Assembly (NCBI GenBank): GCA_013239625.1 | Contig: MU054323.1 | Span: 3,646,161-3,710,160, forward strand | Direction: 5' to 3' | Source of the DNA: Lama guanicoe | Lineage: Eukaryota | DNA length: 64,000 nucleotides | In this document: in pieces, positions 1 through 13,142 of the stretch | Layout: every line of letters begins with the position of its first letter | How positions within the stretch are numbered: the stretch's first letter is position 1 | Made by a program: the position numbers and the translations under genes | The notes under the pieces: model-generated | The model's input: only the letters and a program-made list of their open reading frames with translations | What the model was told of the DNA's origin: nothing | Database searches by the model: none

Positions 1-1111
1 AAGGTGGGAGACTCTGGTCCTGCCCTCTTCCTGAGGCTGGAGCTCCTCTGCAGTCTCTCCAACAGCTGCTTTCCAGTCCCGGCTTGGGCTCCTACCATGA
101 CGGGGAGCTCACTACCTCCCAGGCAGCCACTGGGAGGAGGACGGCTGTGACCCTTCAGGCCCCCCTCACATGGAGCTGATCTGCCTCCAGGCCCCCGCTG
201 GCCTGCTCGCCAGCACTTGGTCCCCTCTGGGCTGCCCGTCTCCAGGCCTATCCTCCTTTGATCCTCGACGCCCTGCCACTTTATTCTTTCTCTAGTCCCA
301 GAAATAGTCTTTCTATTTGTGTGTGGAGAGTCATTTTATGGGTCTCTTTTCACTGAGCGTGGAGGTGTTGAAGAGGCCTCTATGGAGGCAGAACTTCTGC
401 TGTGAGGATTCAGTGAGTTGGCCTCACTTCACTCCTTCCTCTGGCCATCAGACAAGTGGGCACAGGGCAGGCTTGGTTAAGTCAGAGGCCCTGGGAGGTG
501 GTACCTCCACGGGCCTTTCTGAGCTGCAGACACTATGGTGCACGTCTAGGGCACAGGTGCAGGGGATGCTGGGTGACTGCCAGGCATCACCCCTTGCTGC
601 AGTGAGGGCCACGGGGACCGCAGGGGATTGAAGAATCATGTCTCAAGGAGCTGTGGGAGACAGCAGATGTACGCAGCCCAGGGGCCCAACTCTGTGTCCC
701 TCCCTGCCCTCTCCATAGGGCTCCAGACCTGTACCTCTGGACACCTCCAACTGCCCACACCATAGGCCTCAAACTCAAATCTTCTAGAGCTGAATTCATC
801 CTCCCCTTCCCCAGCACTGCAGCGACATCTCACCAAGTGGCACCATTGTTACCCAGGGTCCAAGCTGCAAACTAGGGGTCACCTTCAGTTCTGCCCCCCA
901 TTCCCTCCCCCTTATCTCCTCCATACCTCTCACGAAGTTCTCAGACTCCTGAACGTCTGGTGGCCATGCCATGCAGAGGGGAAAACACTGGTCTCAGAGC
1001 CCAGGAACATTGTTCTGGTCCCACCCTGTCACTGACTCAGGCATGTTCTGATCCCTCTCTGAACCTTTCCCCCATCTACACGGTGACGACCCCTCAGAGC
1101 TGGGTTACTCT

Positions 1112-1315
1112 AGACCTATGGTGACAAATGGAAGCCACTAGGTACAGGCGACTATTTAAATTTAATGTTAAGTTGAATAAAAAATTCAGTTCCTCAATCA
1201 CACTAGCCACATTTCAAATGCTTAACCATCACTGGTGGCTGGTGATTACTATATTGGGCAGTGCAGGTATTGAACATTTCTGTCATCACAGAAAGTTCTG
1301 AATAGACAGTGCTGT
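1112..1315 (-). mobile_element. MER3-like hAT-Charlie MITE
   Basis: ttcagttcctcaatcacactagccacatttcaaatgct ... aacatttctgtcatcacagaaagttct matches the reverse complement of the MER3 consensus as I recall it. Confidence 0.75.
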
Positions 1316-1329
1316 TCCACAGGCCAGTG

Positions 1330-1685
1330 AATTTGAATGAACCAAGGAATCACCTGGGCTCTTGTTAAAATGCAAATTCTGACCCAGAGGCTGGTGGGGG
1401 CTGGTGGGGGGTGCAAATTCTGTGCCTCTAACGAGCTCCCTGGTGACATCGCTGCTGTTAGGCTGAGTTCCGCTCTGTGAGTAGCAAAGGTCTAGATGGT
1501 GCTGCTCATCGTGAATGTGGGGTTGGCAGCATCAGCACCAACTGGCAGCATCTGAGAGATGTAGAATCTCAGGCCCCACCCTAGACCTGCTGAATCAGAA
1601 GTGCTGGGGGGCCCAGGAATCTGTGTTTTAGCAGGCTCTCCAGGTGAGTCACGGGCACATTTGAGTTTGAGACTCCTGATCTAGA
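1330..1685. mobile_element. Two adjacent MER5-like hAT-Charlie MITEs
   Basis: gaatcacctgggctcttgttaaaatgcaaattct and gaatctcaggccccaccctagacctgctgaatcagaa...ggaatctgtgtttt are typical MER5A/B motifs. Confidence 0.7.
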
Positions 1686-2953
1686 AGGCAGAGTCTGTCG
1701 GGATTCCACGAAGTAGCTGCTGGAGTTAAACGACATCACTTCTCTCCCAAAGTGTTCTGCTAGGTTCAAACTTGCTACCCTCAAGCAGAGATGGGGAACC
1801 TCGTGTCACTTCCGTTAGGGCTGCATCCTGCTTACTGGGGGATCAGGAAGAGGAGAGGAACAGCAGCCAGGTCTTGTCCTGAGCTCTCTTTGCAACTGGA
1901 GCTCCAGATAGCCGGTCACGGCCACTTCTTCCCAGCAGCAGGCCCAGCGTTCTCTGTGGAAAGAAACAGAGCCGCAGTGTCCAGCCAAGGACAGGTGCTC
2001 ACTTCTGAGCCTGCACGCCACGGGGAGGGCAGGCCTTTCCCCCTGCTCGGCTCACTTAGACGCCTAAGACTGTGAGGCCCAGAACAAGGCTAGCTGCCTG
2101 CTCAGAGCCAGCTGTGAATAGGAATTAAAGTGGGGACAGGGCCACACCCAGCACCCAGCTCAGATTCTGAACACTAGCAGCCCGCAGCACTGCATGCACA
2201 CTCCCTGGTGGCCCACGGCTCTCCATGGCTGCATCCCCTGCCTGCAGCCTGCTTTCACCCTCCACCACAACGGCTCCTCCACCAGATCAGGGGCCCACTG
2301 CGTCCTGCCACTCCTGTCCACTTGTCAGACAGTCTAGGGTCCCTCTGAATGCCATGCCTCCCCACAATTACTGATTTTGATGGAGTGGGTCTCCATGCCA
2401 CACACCACACCCTGACCCATGGGTGCCCAGGAGACACCCTCTGGAGCCTGATTCTGGCAGGTATCTCCATCCTCAGGCACACCTGGAACGGGCAGCAGTT
2501 GGCACCTGTCCCCCTTCCCCAGGCAGGCCAGCCATGCCCCATGGGACCTCCCGGCATGCCTTGCAGCCAGGGCACGTCTAACACCCTGCAGTTATCCCAC
2601 TGGAAGATGGACGTGCAACCTCTGACCTGGCTCCACCTGTCTGGAGCAGGACCCTCCGGGGACAATCCAAGGCCACCCAGCAGGCCACAACAGGAAGGGG
2701 TTTGTCACTCCTCTCAGGATGTAGAGGGAGAAGGGCAGCCCAGAGAGAGCCAGAGACCAGCTGGAGGCCTCACAGTGAGCTGGATGCCGGTCCAGGGCTT
2801 GGACTGAGGGGCTCTTTCTGCCCCGCAGGCCAAGGCTTCTGCAGAAACAGTCAGACCAGCCGCTGTCTGTTGAGGGGGGCCGTGCAGGCTACTTCGCAGG
2901 CGATGCTGCTGGGCACCGTGGTCCTGAGGATCCTCTTAATGAAGAAAACTTAC

Positions 2954-3154
2954 CTCGCCAAGGTCAGGCAGCTAGCCAGTGCTCCTGCTGCGCCCGCAGG
3001 ACCTCTGTGCCCTCAGGGCTGGATGTGGCCTGTTTCCCAGGACAGGGACCCTCTGCAACTCCCAGGCCACACTCAGCAGCTCTGCCCCATGCTGCCGCTG
3101 ACCAGAAGCTCGCTCCTTAGGGAGGCCTTCCTGTGGTGGCCAGACTTCTGCTCC
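2954..3154 (-). pseudogene. Putative fossil exon
   Basis: ccacag| ... GAG|gtaagt; phase-2 entry EQKSGHHRKASLRSELL, then a shifted frame QRQHGAELLSVAWELQR. Confidence 0.35.
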
Positions 3155-3589
3155 CTGTGGCTGAGTCACAGCTGTTTGCCTGTAACCACTGTGTACTCCA
3201 CACCCTCCATGGCCCCACCGCACCTGTGCAGGGCTTTCGGAGTCACAGACAGTGCCCAGGTCCACCTCCTTGGAAGGCCAATCTCCCCTCTTCCTGGACT
3301 GACCTCTGAACTGCCCAGGGATCCATAGCATGTGGACCAGGGTAGGATAGTCCCCAGCTCCCTGCATTTCTGCCCCAGTGGCCTGAGTGCTGAGTCACAT
3401 GGAGCCACACGTGCCCCCAGCCCTTGGTCCAGGAAGAAGAGGCAGACAGCCCCCTGGCCCTGAGCACACCCACACCCTGGCATGGGCACCTTTCCTCTTC
3501 CTGGGGGTCGCCTTGATGCCCCTCCACCCCATGAGGATAGGGATTGAGCTTCTCCTACTCTGTCAGAGTCTCCTGACACCGTGGAATTC

Positions 3590-3810
3590 ACATTTATTGA
3601 GTGTCTGCTTGTGTCAGAAACCATCCTGAGCACCATCACACACATTCACTTAATCCTCTCAATAACAGTATCTGGTGAGTATTGTTAACCCATTTTACAG
3701 ATGACAAAACTAGACTTGGACAAGTGACATCACTGCGAGAAGGCCACCTCCTTAGTAAGTGGCAATGGTAGGATTCAAACCAATGTGGGCAACCCCTGTG
3801 TTCAAGTGCT
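3590..3810 (-). mobile_element. MIR SINE
   Basis: catttattgagtg...cccattttacagatgacaaaact...ggattcaaacc (MIR core, reverse). Confidence 0.75.
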
Positions 3811-5752
3811 CTCCACAGGCCAAGCCGCAGCCCACCCAAGGTGCTATTTCTGGAAAAAGCTTGTGGCACCTGGCCTGCCCCTCAATCTGATCCCTACTAG
3901 ACTGAGGCCGGGCCCAAAAAGGGGCTGAAAAGGAAGCCCTGTTGAGGGCTCTGTGTCTGCAGGGCGGCAGGAAGGCACCAACCCCAGGGACCTCTGTCCC
4001 CACCCCCACCCTCACCCCAGCTGGTCTGACGGACCAGAGAGTGGGGCCTGAGGACTGCAGGCAGTGCTGGCAGCCAAACAAAGGGGTCGCAGTCAGCCAG
4101 ACACTTCCTCACTGCACAAAGCCTTACTTCCCCCCTAGACACAGGACCCCAAAGAATGCTTGGAATGTCGCTGGGGCCAGACAGCCTCCTGCAGATGCGG
4201 AGAGGCTGGCTTTGTGTTCAGTTTGCCAGGACGACTGACCCCGAGTTAGAAAGGTCACTCCCTGACCTGTGACCTGTCCTTTTACCCCGTTTGTGGTTGT
4301 GGGGTGGGAGGGGTGGAAGGAGGGGTGAGCTGGTCTTCCCTCCAGTGGCTCTTCCACACCAGTGGGATGGGGCCCCAAGTTTGCAGCAGCTTTGGGAAAG
4401 AGAAGAGGGGATCCCCTCCTGACAGGAGCTCACACAGCCCCTAAGAGGTTGGACTCAACCCTGGAGACAGTCCAGGCCTCCCCTCCTCCCCAGTGAGAGG
4501 GTTCCTGGGGTTCACTTGCACAGTCAGCTCCATGGACAGTGGCAGATCCAGTCCTACCTCATTTGCTCCTCCCTCTCTGGGCTGCTCTGTGCCACAGGGC
4601 CTATCCCCGCCGGCTACGCCTGCTGGGTGCCCCAGCTGGCCTAGGAGCAGATGTGAATCCCTGCCCTCACAGGGTTTGCATTCTAGCAAGCGAGAAAGGC
4701 AGTAAGCCCCAACCCTAAGGAAACTATAGGAGGTGAGCAGTGTGACGGAGAAAGAGGCAGGTGGGGCTGGGTGGTAGGTAAGGTGAACGGGGTGGTTAGG
4801 AGAAAAGGAGGAAAGGAGACGTTTGATGAAAACTCGAAGGAAGTGAGCCTTGTAGGGAAGAACATTCCAGAAAAAGGGAACAGCAAATATGAAGTCTTGC
4901 TTGTTCAGGGCCCAGCAAGAAGGACAGAGTCGGCCAGGGGAGGCTCCTGGGAGCTGAGGTCAGGAGGTAATGAGGACAGTGTGGGGGCTGCGAGGGCCTC
5001 TGCGGGGCCTCAACACTTAACGCCTTGTGAGATGGTGCCCTTGCAGGGCTTTGAGCAAAGGAGCACTGGGACCAGCCTCGTGGGTTTTAATAAGACCGCC
5101 TGCTGCCACGTGCAGGCTGGACGAGGTGGCATGGGAGGAGGCTGGAGTTGCACTGGAAGCTCCTGGGCCTGGTCACCCTGCACACACCCTCACACATCTC
5201 TGTCCCACAGCAGCTTGCACCCAGGGCCTGGGGCTGGCAGCTGCCAGGGCGACATCCATTCTACACTCAGTGGGATAAGTGAGGCCCTGTATTGGGGGGC
5301 AGGACATATGGAGAGCCACAAGACACAGTGCTTCCCTCGAAGAGCCCCTTACTGATGGGGAAACAGGCCAAGGCGGCCTCTCCCTGCTCTGAGCCTTGGA
5401 GCTCAAGGTTGAGACTGCCCTAGGGACACATACCCATTCCACTGGCATGGTGCCTGCTTGCCTCGGTGCCCCAAGAGGCCTTCCTGGCTGCTCTAAAGCT
5501 TGGGCCGCAGTCTAGCCTGTGGCTTGAGGACCCCAGTGCCCACTTCCAGGGACCCAGGCAGCACTGGGCCAGTGGTTGGAAGACAGTGGGCCCTTTCCAG
5601 GGTCAGCAGTGGCATGGTTGGTGGGATTCTTGGTAGACTTGGAGTTAGAGCCCAGCCAAGGACAGCTGAATATGAGAAGGAAGGAGGAAGGGGGCCCATG
5701 TCCGTCCAACCCCGAAAGCCAGAGAAACATTTTCAGCTTGCCTGTGACTCAC

Positions 5753-5847
5753 TCTTCCTCAGAAGAATACTGCTTTTGCCTTCAAAAATCACAGATTTCC
5801 ACCTTCAGACAACAGCGGGTTCTCAGGAAGTTACATGTTTTGTTTTT
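5753..5847 (-). pseudogene. Putative fossil exon
   Basis: ttgcacag| ... GA|gtgagt; 95 nt, phase 0 to 2; KNKTCNFLRTRCCLKVEICDF*RQKQYSSEE. Confidence 0.4.
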
Positions 5848-6228
5848 CTGTGCAAGCCACTGGGGGGTAGTGTTTATTTTACACTAAAGCAATTATTTGC
5901 TGTTCATCTGGGATTCATATTTAGCTGGGTGTCCTGTATGTATTTTTATTGGCCAAATCCAACCATCCTATTTAGCGGTTAGCCTGGTCTGAGGGGCAGT
6001 GTGAGCCTCAGACCCCATTACTGTAAAGCATTTCTAAAAAAAACACTGGGGAGGGTCCAGGTTCTGGGGACAGGGACCAGTCTCCTTCTTTGCCCTCAAT
6101 AGCCCAGCCTGCGTGCAGCATGAGCTCGGGGTCTGCTAAGTCAACGTGGGTCAAAACAGACAAGAATCTCTGCCCTTTAACAAAGATAGAGATGGAAACT
6201 AAGGCCTGACTCTGGAGACAGCTGTTCG

Positions 6229-6764
6229 CTAGCCCTTCACACCAGAAGCCCCTTCCTCAGGCTGCACCCCATTTCCCAGGACTTCCCTTCCCCTGCCCCC
6301 TCTGTGTTTGTCCACCTCTGGGCGTGGCCTGAGGCCCCGTGTCACTTCCAGACTCCTGGAGCCTGAGGCCTGCCTGGCAGCCCGGCCCCCAGTTCCCATC
6401 TCTTCCTGCTGAACACTCCCCACATTGTTTGTCTTTGTGTCCTTCTTCCTGTGCCAGAGCTATTCCAAATTTATTGCCCTGGTTCTCTCCAGGGGTCATT
6501 CGCTAAATTGACACTGGCGCTGCAGACTGGAAAAAAGAGCCTCTCCAACCCCTAGGACCTCCTCCTGGTGAGGAGAGAGGACAGCTGAGAACCCCCTCTT
6601 GCTGCTTGCTCTCCCGGACCCTGCAGGACCCTCGTTCTGGCCTACAAGGTTGCCATGATCCTGTCCTCGGCCCATGTTCACTGGAACTTCACGATGGAGT
6701 CTTTCTCAGGCTCCAGACCCAGGGGCCCGGGGCGGTGAGCCCTGCCAGTGCAGCTCCTGGGGGC
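6229..6764 (-). pseudogene. Putative large fossil exon (3' boundary uncertain)
   Basis: Acceptor gtgttctgtcccag|. Three separate ORF-track entries (6706-6894, 6496-6681, 6229-6423) fall in one frame, interrupted only by isolated stops. Confidence 0.4.
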
Positions 6765-7233
6765 CTGGGACAGAACACAGATCACTGCATCTCATGGTCC
6801 CGTCTGCTGGGCCTCTCCTAGGACAGGCCAGAGGGGCTGAGAACAGGACCACAGACTTACGGCCACCTCCCAGTTCCCAGAGCATCTGCTCCATGCTCTC
6901 CTCATCTTACTTTCAGGGAATCCAGGCTCAGAGGGGTTAAGCCATCTGCTAAAGTCCCAGAGCTGATAAGAGCCAGGCCTGGGACTGAGACTCCGGACTT
7001 CTGGTCTCACACCCAGTGTTCTTTCCTCCCTCTGCCAAGTGTTTGAATTGGTCCTCAAGCCCGTTCTTTGAAGAGGGGGTAGCACGGGCCCCCCCAGAGG
7101 GAAGCCTGGGAAACAGAGCTCAGGCTGGCTCCAGGGCCAACTTCTTACATGGTTCCCGTCAGGCTCTCACCCGGCTTGGCCACCTCCTTCCAGCTCAGAA
7201 CACCAAGATTTCCTGGTTTGGGCCACTTTCTTC

Positions 7234-7722
7234 TGATAAGAGTCTCTCCTGAACCAAACTCAGACTCTACTAAACTCTCTTCTCAACTAGGCCCTGGCTT
7301 TTGGGTTTCAGTGTTCATCTCTACACTGTCCAGTTTTAGAAAGAATCTTGCTAAGGTGGTTTGCCAGAATCCCCCATTTTTGATGTCTGATCAGCTTCAG
7401 TACCTGATGGGATTCCTCATCCCCTGACCACCCCCAGGTAGTGAGTGATCACCCTGACCTGCCTTCAGCAAGAATCCTGTTACATAGGTTTAGCCAGAAC
7501 CCTATTACCCTCATGTTTCCTCTTACTAATTTTCCATCCACTGACACCCCCTGCTTCTTAGCTATAAATTCCCACCTTTCCTTATACTTAGAGTTGGACC
7601 CACTCTCTCTCTCCTAGTACAAAACCCCACTGCAGTGGTCCCTATATCTTTTGTGACAGTCCCCTGAATAGATTCTGCCTTACCATTCTTTAACGAGTGA
7701 TGAAATAACTGTTCCTTTAACA
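7234..7722 (+). mobile_element. Solo ERV1 LTR, MER31-like
   Basis: TG...CA ends, internal repeated aagaatc(t/c)tg(c/t)ta...gccagaa, TATA-like ctataaa and a degenerate poly(A) signal near the 3' end; resembles MER31 from memory. Confidence 0.7.
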
Positions 7723-7909
7723 CCGCTGTTCCCATAAGGACACCCTTCCACTGCCTCTTGCCATCACTGACCCAGACCATGGGGCTACAAAAACTCCTGA
7801 TTCTCAACTTGATATAGCCGTAATGATACAGCCCTAAGATTTGAAATTATTTTCCCAACCCTCCTCTACCCCAGGCCTGTGATTGGTAACTTTGTTCCAA
7901 GGAGAGACG

Positions 7910-8130
7910 GCATGATGTTGTGCAAAAAACAAGAACTGTTGTCATCCACTCAACCTGCGTTCTTATTCTGGTTCCATCGCTGAGTATCTGTGAGATCTGA
8001 GTCAGGTCACTAAAGCTCTTTGAGGCTCAGTATCCTCATTTGTAAAATGGTCAGAATTATTAAAGATTAAATAAAATAATGAAGTGTGCCTGGAACATAG
8101 GAGGTCCTTAATAAATGGCACAAATTATTA
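7910..8130 (+). mobile_element. MIR SINE
   Basis: ctcagtatcctcatttgtaaaatgg...gtgcctggaacataggaggtccttaataaatg. Confidence 0.7.
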
Positions 8131-8414
8131 TAACCTTCACAAGCTCCTTCCTCCGATTTCCAACCAGGAACTAGAGCCCTGGGATCAGTTCCCAGGCTGT
8201 CCCACCCAGGGGGCATGGGGCCTGCCCAGGAGTCAGGACAAGTCCAGGTACCCACTGCTCTGAGGCTTCAGCTCTGCCCTCTGCACTTCTAAGTTCTCCC
8301 TGTGACACCTCAAGGGAGCAAAGGTGCTTGTGCAGCCTACCTGCCACCTAGGACGTCCATGACTCCACAGTCCCCGGGGCCAGGGCCCACTGGTGGCCAC
8401 CAATGCATAAGGAA

Positions 8415-9317
8415 TGGGGTAGGCAGAATAATGTGCCCCCAAAGATACTGAATCCTGAGCCCTGAAACCTATATTACCATAGTGGGTTGAACTGTTTCCC
8501 AAAAAGGTGTATTTAAGTCCTAATCTCTGGTACCTGTGAATTACCTGGAAATAATTTCTTTGCAGATGTAGTTAAGGGATCATCCTGGATTTAGAGTGGC
8601 CTCTAAGTCCAAGAAAAAGGAGGTTTGACACAAACAGGGAAGAAGTCCACGTGAAAACAAGGCAGAGACTGGAGTGATGCTATCACAAGCCAAGGAACAC
8701 CAGGAGCCACAGAAGCTGGAAGGCTTAAGGAAGGAGTCTCCCCTGGAGCCTCTAGGGGGCGCATGCTCTGGCTGAGACCTTGATTTTGGACTTCTAGCCT
8801 TGAACTGCAAGAGAATAAATTTCTGTTATTTTATGCTACCACATTTGTGGTGGTTTGTTGTGGCAGCAACTAGGAAATTAATAGTTACCTTGTTTGGAAA
8901 GAGGGTCCTGGCAGATGTGATTAAGTTAAGGGTCTTAAGATGGGGACACTAGCTTGGATTCTGCAGGCGGGCCCCAAATACAGTTGCATGTATTTGGGAG
9001 GGAGGCAGAGGGAGGTCTGACACAGAGGAGGAGAAGGCAATGTGAAGACAGAGCAGAGAAAGATTTGAGGATGCTGGCCGTGAAGAGCAGAGTGATGCAG
9101 ATACAGCCAGGGGTTGCCAGCAGCTATTAGGAGCTGGGAGAGGAAAGAAATAGATCTCTTTTCTGGAGGGTGTGCAGGCCTGCCAATACCTTGGCTTTAG
9201 CCCGGTGAAATTGGTTTGAGACTTCTGACCCTCAGAACTGTGAGAGAATAACTTTCTGTTGTTTTAAACCACCAAGTTTGTGGTAATTGGTTAGAGCAGC
9301 CAAGAGACACTAACACA
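8415..9317 (+). mobile_element. MLT1 (ERVL-MaLR) LTR interrupted by a second MLT1 LTR at 8478-8883
   Basis: Two sets of MLT1 hallmarks (gcagatgt..ttaag; gagaataa.tttctgtt.tttta..c.acca..tttgtggt); inner copy flanked by attac/gttac. Confidence 0.8.
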
Positions 9318-11726
9318 GAGGTAGCATGGCAGGGGCTGCATCGGACCCCCTCCTCAGGGCCTTATGGCCTCGTCTCACCAGAAGCAGCAGCCCCGCTAGC
9401 CCCTCCCCTGTTGCCTCACTTCCCAAGCCCCAGATAGAAGAGGGTCCCACCCCAAAGCCTCCCTGCCGTGGTGGCTGGGTTTACAGTGTTAGGTGTGTAG
9501 GTGAACATGCAAATCCTTCCCTCCAACCCAGTTCCTGCAGTTTAGTACAAAGCTGGGTGATCAGTCCCCTCCTGTCTGAGGCTGGGCTGGGGTATGTGGA
9601 CAGGGGCAGTCTGGGAGCCCAGACACCTAGGGGAGAGGAAACCCTGCCTGAGGTGTGGCCAGCCTCTGCCCTGGGCTTCTGCCAGCCTGGTCCAGGAGCC
9701 AGGCCCTGGGGACCTGAGGAGGAGAGGCCCAGCAAACCCAGGACCCTGGCTGTCCTTCCACTGAGAGATGCACCAACCTCATCCTATCAGCCTCGGGACG
9801 CCCCACGCTTGCCCACGGTGCCTTGGATCTCTCTTGAAGGTGTGCTTTGTATTTGTTCTTCCCAGGGTGACCCCAAGCCCCTAACTCATTCATTTTAATC
9901 CTGAGACCCACATTATTCGGCAGGTTTCGAGTGGCCATTTTGTAGATTGAAAACCTAAGATCTGGAGGTTCCCCCAAAAAGGACGAGGTCAGGGTAGACC
10001 AGCGGTTCTAAAGGAGTCTCTGCCCCCTGGGCCTTTGCTTCTGGAGGTTCAACCAGATCCATGAGCCCAGTTTTTAACTCAGTAAGAAGCTAATGACTTT
10101 CCCCTTCCTGTTCAGCTCTTGGGTTAAGTTATTTTCCTTCTTCTGCTCTGCAAGGAACGAAAACAAGTCATTTTCTCATAAAAATAACAATGAGCAAAAC
10201 CCGGATTCCAGAGAGCCTCCAGTCAGAGCCAGTAAACCTTCAGGCTTCCCAGGGGACCCGGCACTCCTGCCCCAGTCCAAGCGAGGAGAGCCAAGGCTTT
10301 GCTCTAGCGTGTCGGCCTGGCTCATGCTTGAGTCTTCCAGGAGACAGAGTGTGAGCAGGAAGACCAATGTCAGAAATCAAAGTATGTTGGACACTCGATG
10401 CTGTTTGGAATGCCACAGAGAATGAAAGCCAGGTCCTTCCCGTGCATGCTGCCCTCAAGAATCCAGAGAAATAGCATGTTCACAGCAGGGGAAACAATTG
10501 CACTGATTAATTGTGCTTCTGTTTATGCCTCCGTTCTCCAGACTTCTGAGTGCCTTCCAGCGGCCATCTGCCAGATGGAAGTGCTGTCACACACAGCTTC
10601 TCGGTGCAAACTGCAAGGCTTTGAGGCTCCAGCAAGCTTGTCAGAACTCCATTTCCTAAATGGCCATAATCAAAGAACAAGCTCCTAGTTATCTAGCAAT
10701 GAGCTTTGGAAATAGAGGTGTATGCAAAATTGCAATTTATGAGTTCAGCCAATTTTTCTTTTTCTGCTAAAAATATCAGCCCATGAAAACCTCATAGCTT
10801 TGGAGGAGATGCAACCAATTGCTAATTATCTATGAGCGGTTTATCCGTTGCTACCTCCTTCTTCCCACCGCTGCGAAGGGCCCTAGGCTTGGCAAGTAGG
10901 GCTGAGCAGGCCTTGGAGAGGGAGTGTGGGAGACCTCATTCCCAGACCCCACAGGCCAGGGCACCAGCGGGAAGATAGGAGTACCTCATGGCTGGAAATA
11001 TGCGGCTGTAGACAGGGAGCATGGTCAGCCTGGTTCATGGGGGGACGATGGCCCAGCCAGCCCCATTCAGCTGGCTCCTGGTCTTCATGTAGCAGCACCC
11101 GGGGGCAGGCAGTGCTGGGCAAGGCTGGTCTCCTGGCCATCCCACAAAAGAATCCGCTTCCTAATCCAGTGGACTACACATTGGGAAGTTCATGGGAACC
11201 AGGCCAGACCCTTCAGTTCAATCCTGTCCTGAATGGGTGCAGTCGGCTCCACCAAGATGGACTGGATAGAAGCTGGGGCACTGGGTTCAAGACCTAGCTC
11301 CGGTGATTATCAATCCTGGTGCCCTGGGGAAGTCACGGGGCCTTTTGAAATCTCAAACCCCTCATCTCTGTAATGCGATGCTCAATGCTCGTGTTGGCCT
11401 TGCTTGGGTTTTGGCCAGAAATAAACGAGAACATGGAGGGGGTGGTGGTTGTTATTACTGGCATAAAAAGAGCCATTTCCCAGCTCATTAATGTGGAAAA
11501 TGTAAACATGTCTGGATGCCTAAGGACAAAGGCCCCGCCGGCCCTTTCCGCACTGCCTTCTCACCCCCTCCTCACCCCCATATTGTTGGGAGTTTGTTTT
11601 GATTTTTCTGAAACTCACAGAACAATGGGTTCTGGGGGTTGGTTCTGCCTTATTCATACTCCCAGGGGATGCATTTGCTGAGCTGAGGCCACATTCCAAG
11701 GGTAAGGGGTCTGGAGGGATGTTTAC

Positions 11727-12054
11727 CTGGCTCAGTCCTGCAGCCCAGAGAGGCCGTGCTGAGGGCAGGAAGCTCAGGGACACCACCCTGTCGACCCTGC
11801 AGCTGGAAGCCCTCGTCCTGAGCCTCCTGGGCTTATTTTCATCCAGCAGCTGACTCCAAGGCAGGAAAGGCCAAGAGGGGCCGACTTCCTCCTCCTCCAG
11901 CTCTGACATCCAAGATGCTTTTTGGCCTCAACACACAGACTCCCCAGCTCCTCAGCCACACTCTGCTCCTACCTTGTAGGCACCCAAAGGTATTGAGCCC
12001 CTCTCTCAGCCTCCCTGGAGGCCTCATTCCAGTGCCAGGTGAGGGGGCGGTACA
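11727..12054 (-). pseudogene. Putative fossil exon with one frameshift
   Basis: cttccttgctag| ... CAG|gtaaac; EAERGAQYLWVPTR*EQSVAEELGSLCVEAK, then a shift at an A5 run to WMSELEEEEVGPSWPFLPWSQLLDENKPRRLRTR. Confidence 0.4.
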
Positions 12055-12400
12055 CTAGCAAGGAAGCCAAGGTGTGCCTCCTTCCTCCTCTGCTCTCCCT
12101 GCTTGAGCCTCCAGGTACCTGCATCATCTATCCATGGGCCAGGTGTCCACAGGCCTGCCCTTCCACATGAAGCCCTGGTTCGGGACTCCTCCACATCCTG
12201 AATGCCACCCCCTCCCTCAGGTCACCAGGGAGGACAGGAGCCGCTGAGGAGATAATTTAAGGTATGAGTGGCTGATAGGTGCCAGACACCCACACTCAAG
12301 GAGGGGCTGCTCATCAGAAGATAACTGTTTCCAAAAAGGGATGCCCAAGAAGTTCCTGATGAGCTGCTTGGGAGGGGGCCGGAAACCCATCCCATCCCAC

Positions 12401-13142
12401 CTTCTTTCTGGCCATGCTTCTCTCCCTCGATCTTTGCTTACATTCTTTCTTCCACCTGGACTCTGCCCATTGCTTCTCCTTTTCTGTCCTCAGAGGACCA
12501 GCCAGAGCCTCACCTCCTCCAGGAAGACTTCCCAGGGCAGACCCTTCTGCCACTGGAGGCATAAACAGGTATCCTGCTTTCCATGCCTCTAATGGGACTT
12601 TCCTGAGCCTCAGGCCTGATTCCAGAGGCTCTGACACTTTTTGGACTCATGCCCTTCTCTGTAGAGCAGGGACTACTTCATAGTGCTGTCAGTGCCTGGC
12701 ACAGAGCAGGTGCCAACAACTATTGCTACCCCCAATATTCTGCAGGAGAGGGAGGCCTGCACAATGCCCTCAGTGTGAGTCCAGGGTCCACATCACAAGC
12801 TGGGGATATCTTATTCTACAGTAGGAATGGACACTGATCCCAGCACAGAGTCTACACTGTTTCCTGGACTTCTCCTGCCTTCTGGGAAGTAGAACTTACA
12901 ACCAGAAGGACAATGCAGGCTGAAGTTTCTGTTTCTATTCTGTGTAAAAGAAGTTACTTTCTAAGGACCAAAAAACACCCAGTCATATCCTTTTGTTCAG
13001 TGGAAAACAAAACATGGGGTCAGAATTTCCATCAGTGAATCTTTCCCCATTGGGATGTCCAGAATATTCATGGGAATCCCCTGCACCAATTTACTGGAGG
13101 TCTGTAGCCTCTTGACATCCCCTTTCATCTGAAGCTCTAGCT
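12401..13142 (-). pseudogene. Putative fossil exon or exons
   Basis: Strong acceptor ttttcccctcccctcttgcctag| opening ELELQMKGDVKRLQTSSKLVQGIPMNILD; charged end and donor AAG|gtggga at 12400. The interior is degraded. Confidence 0.35.
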
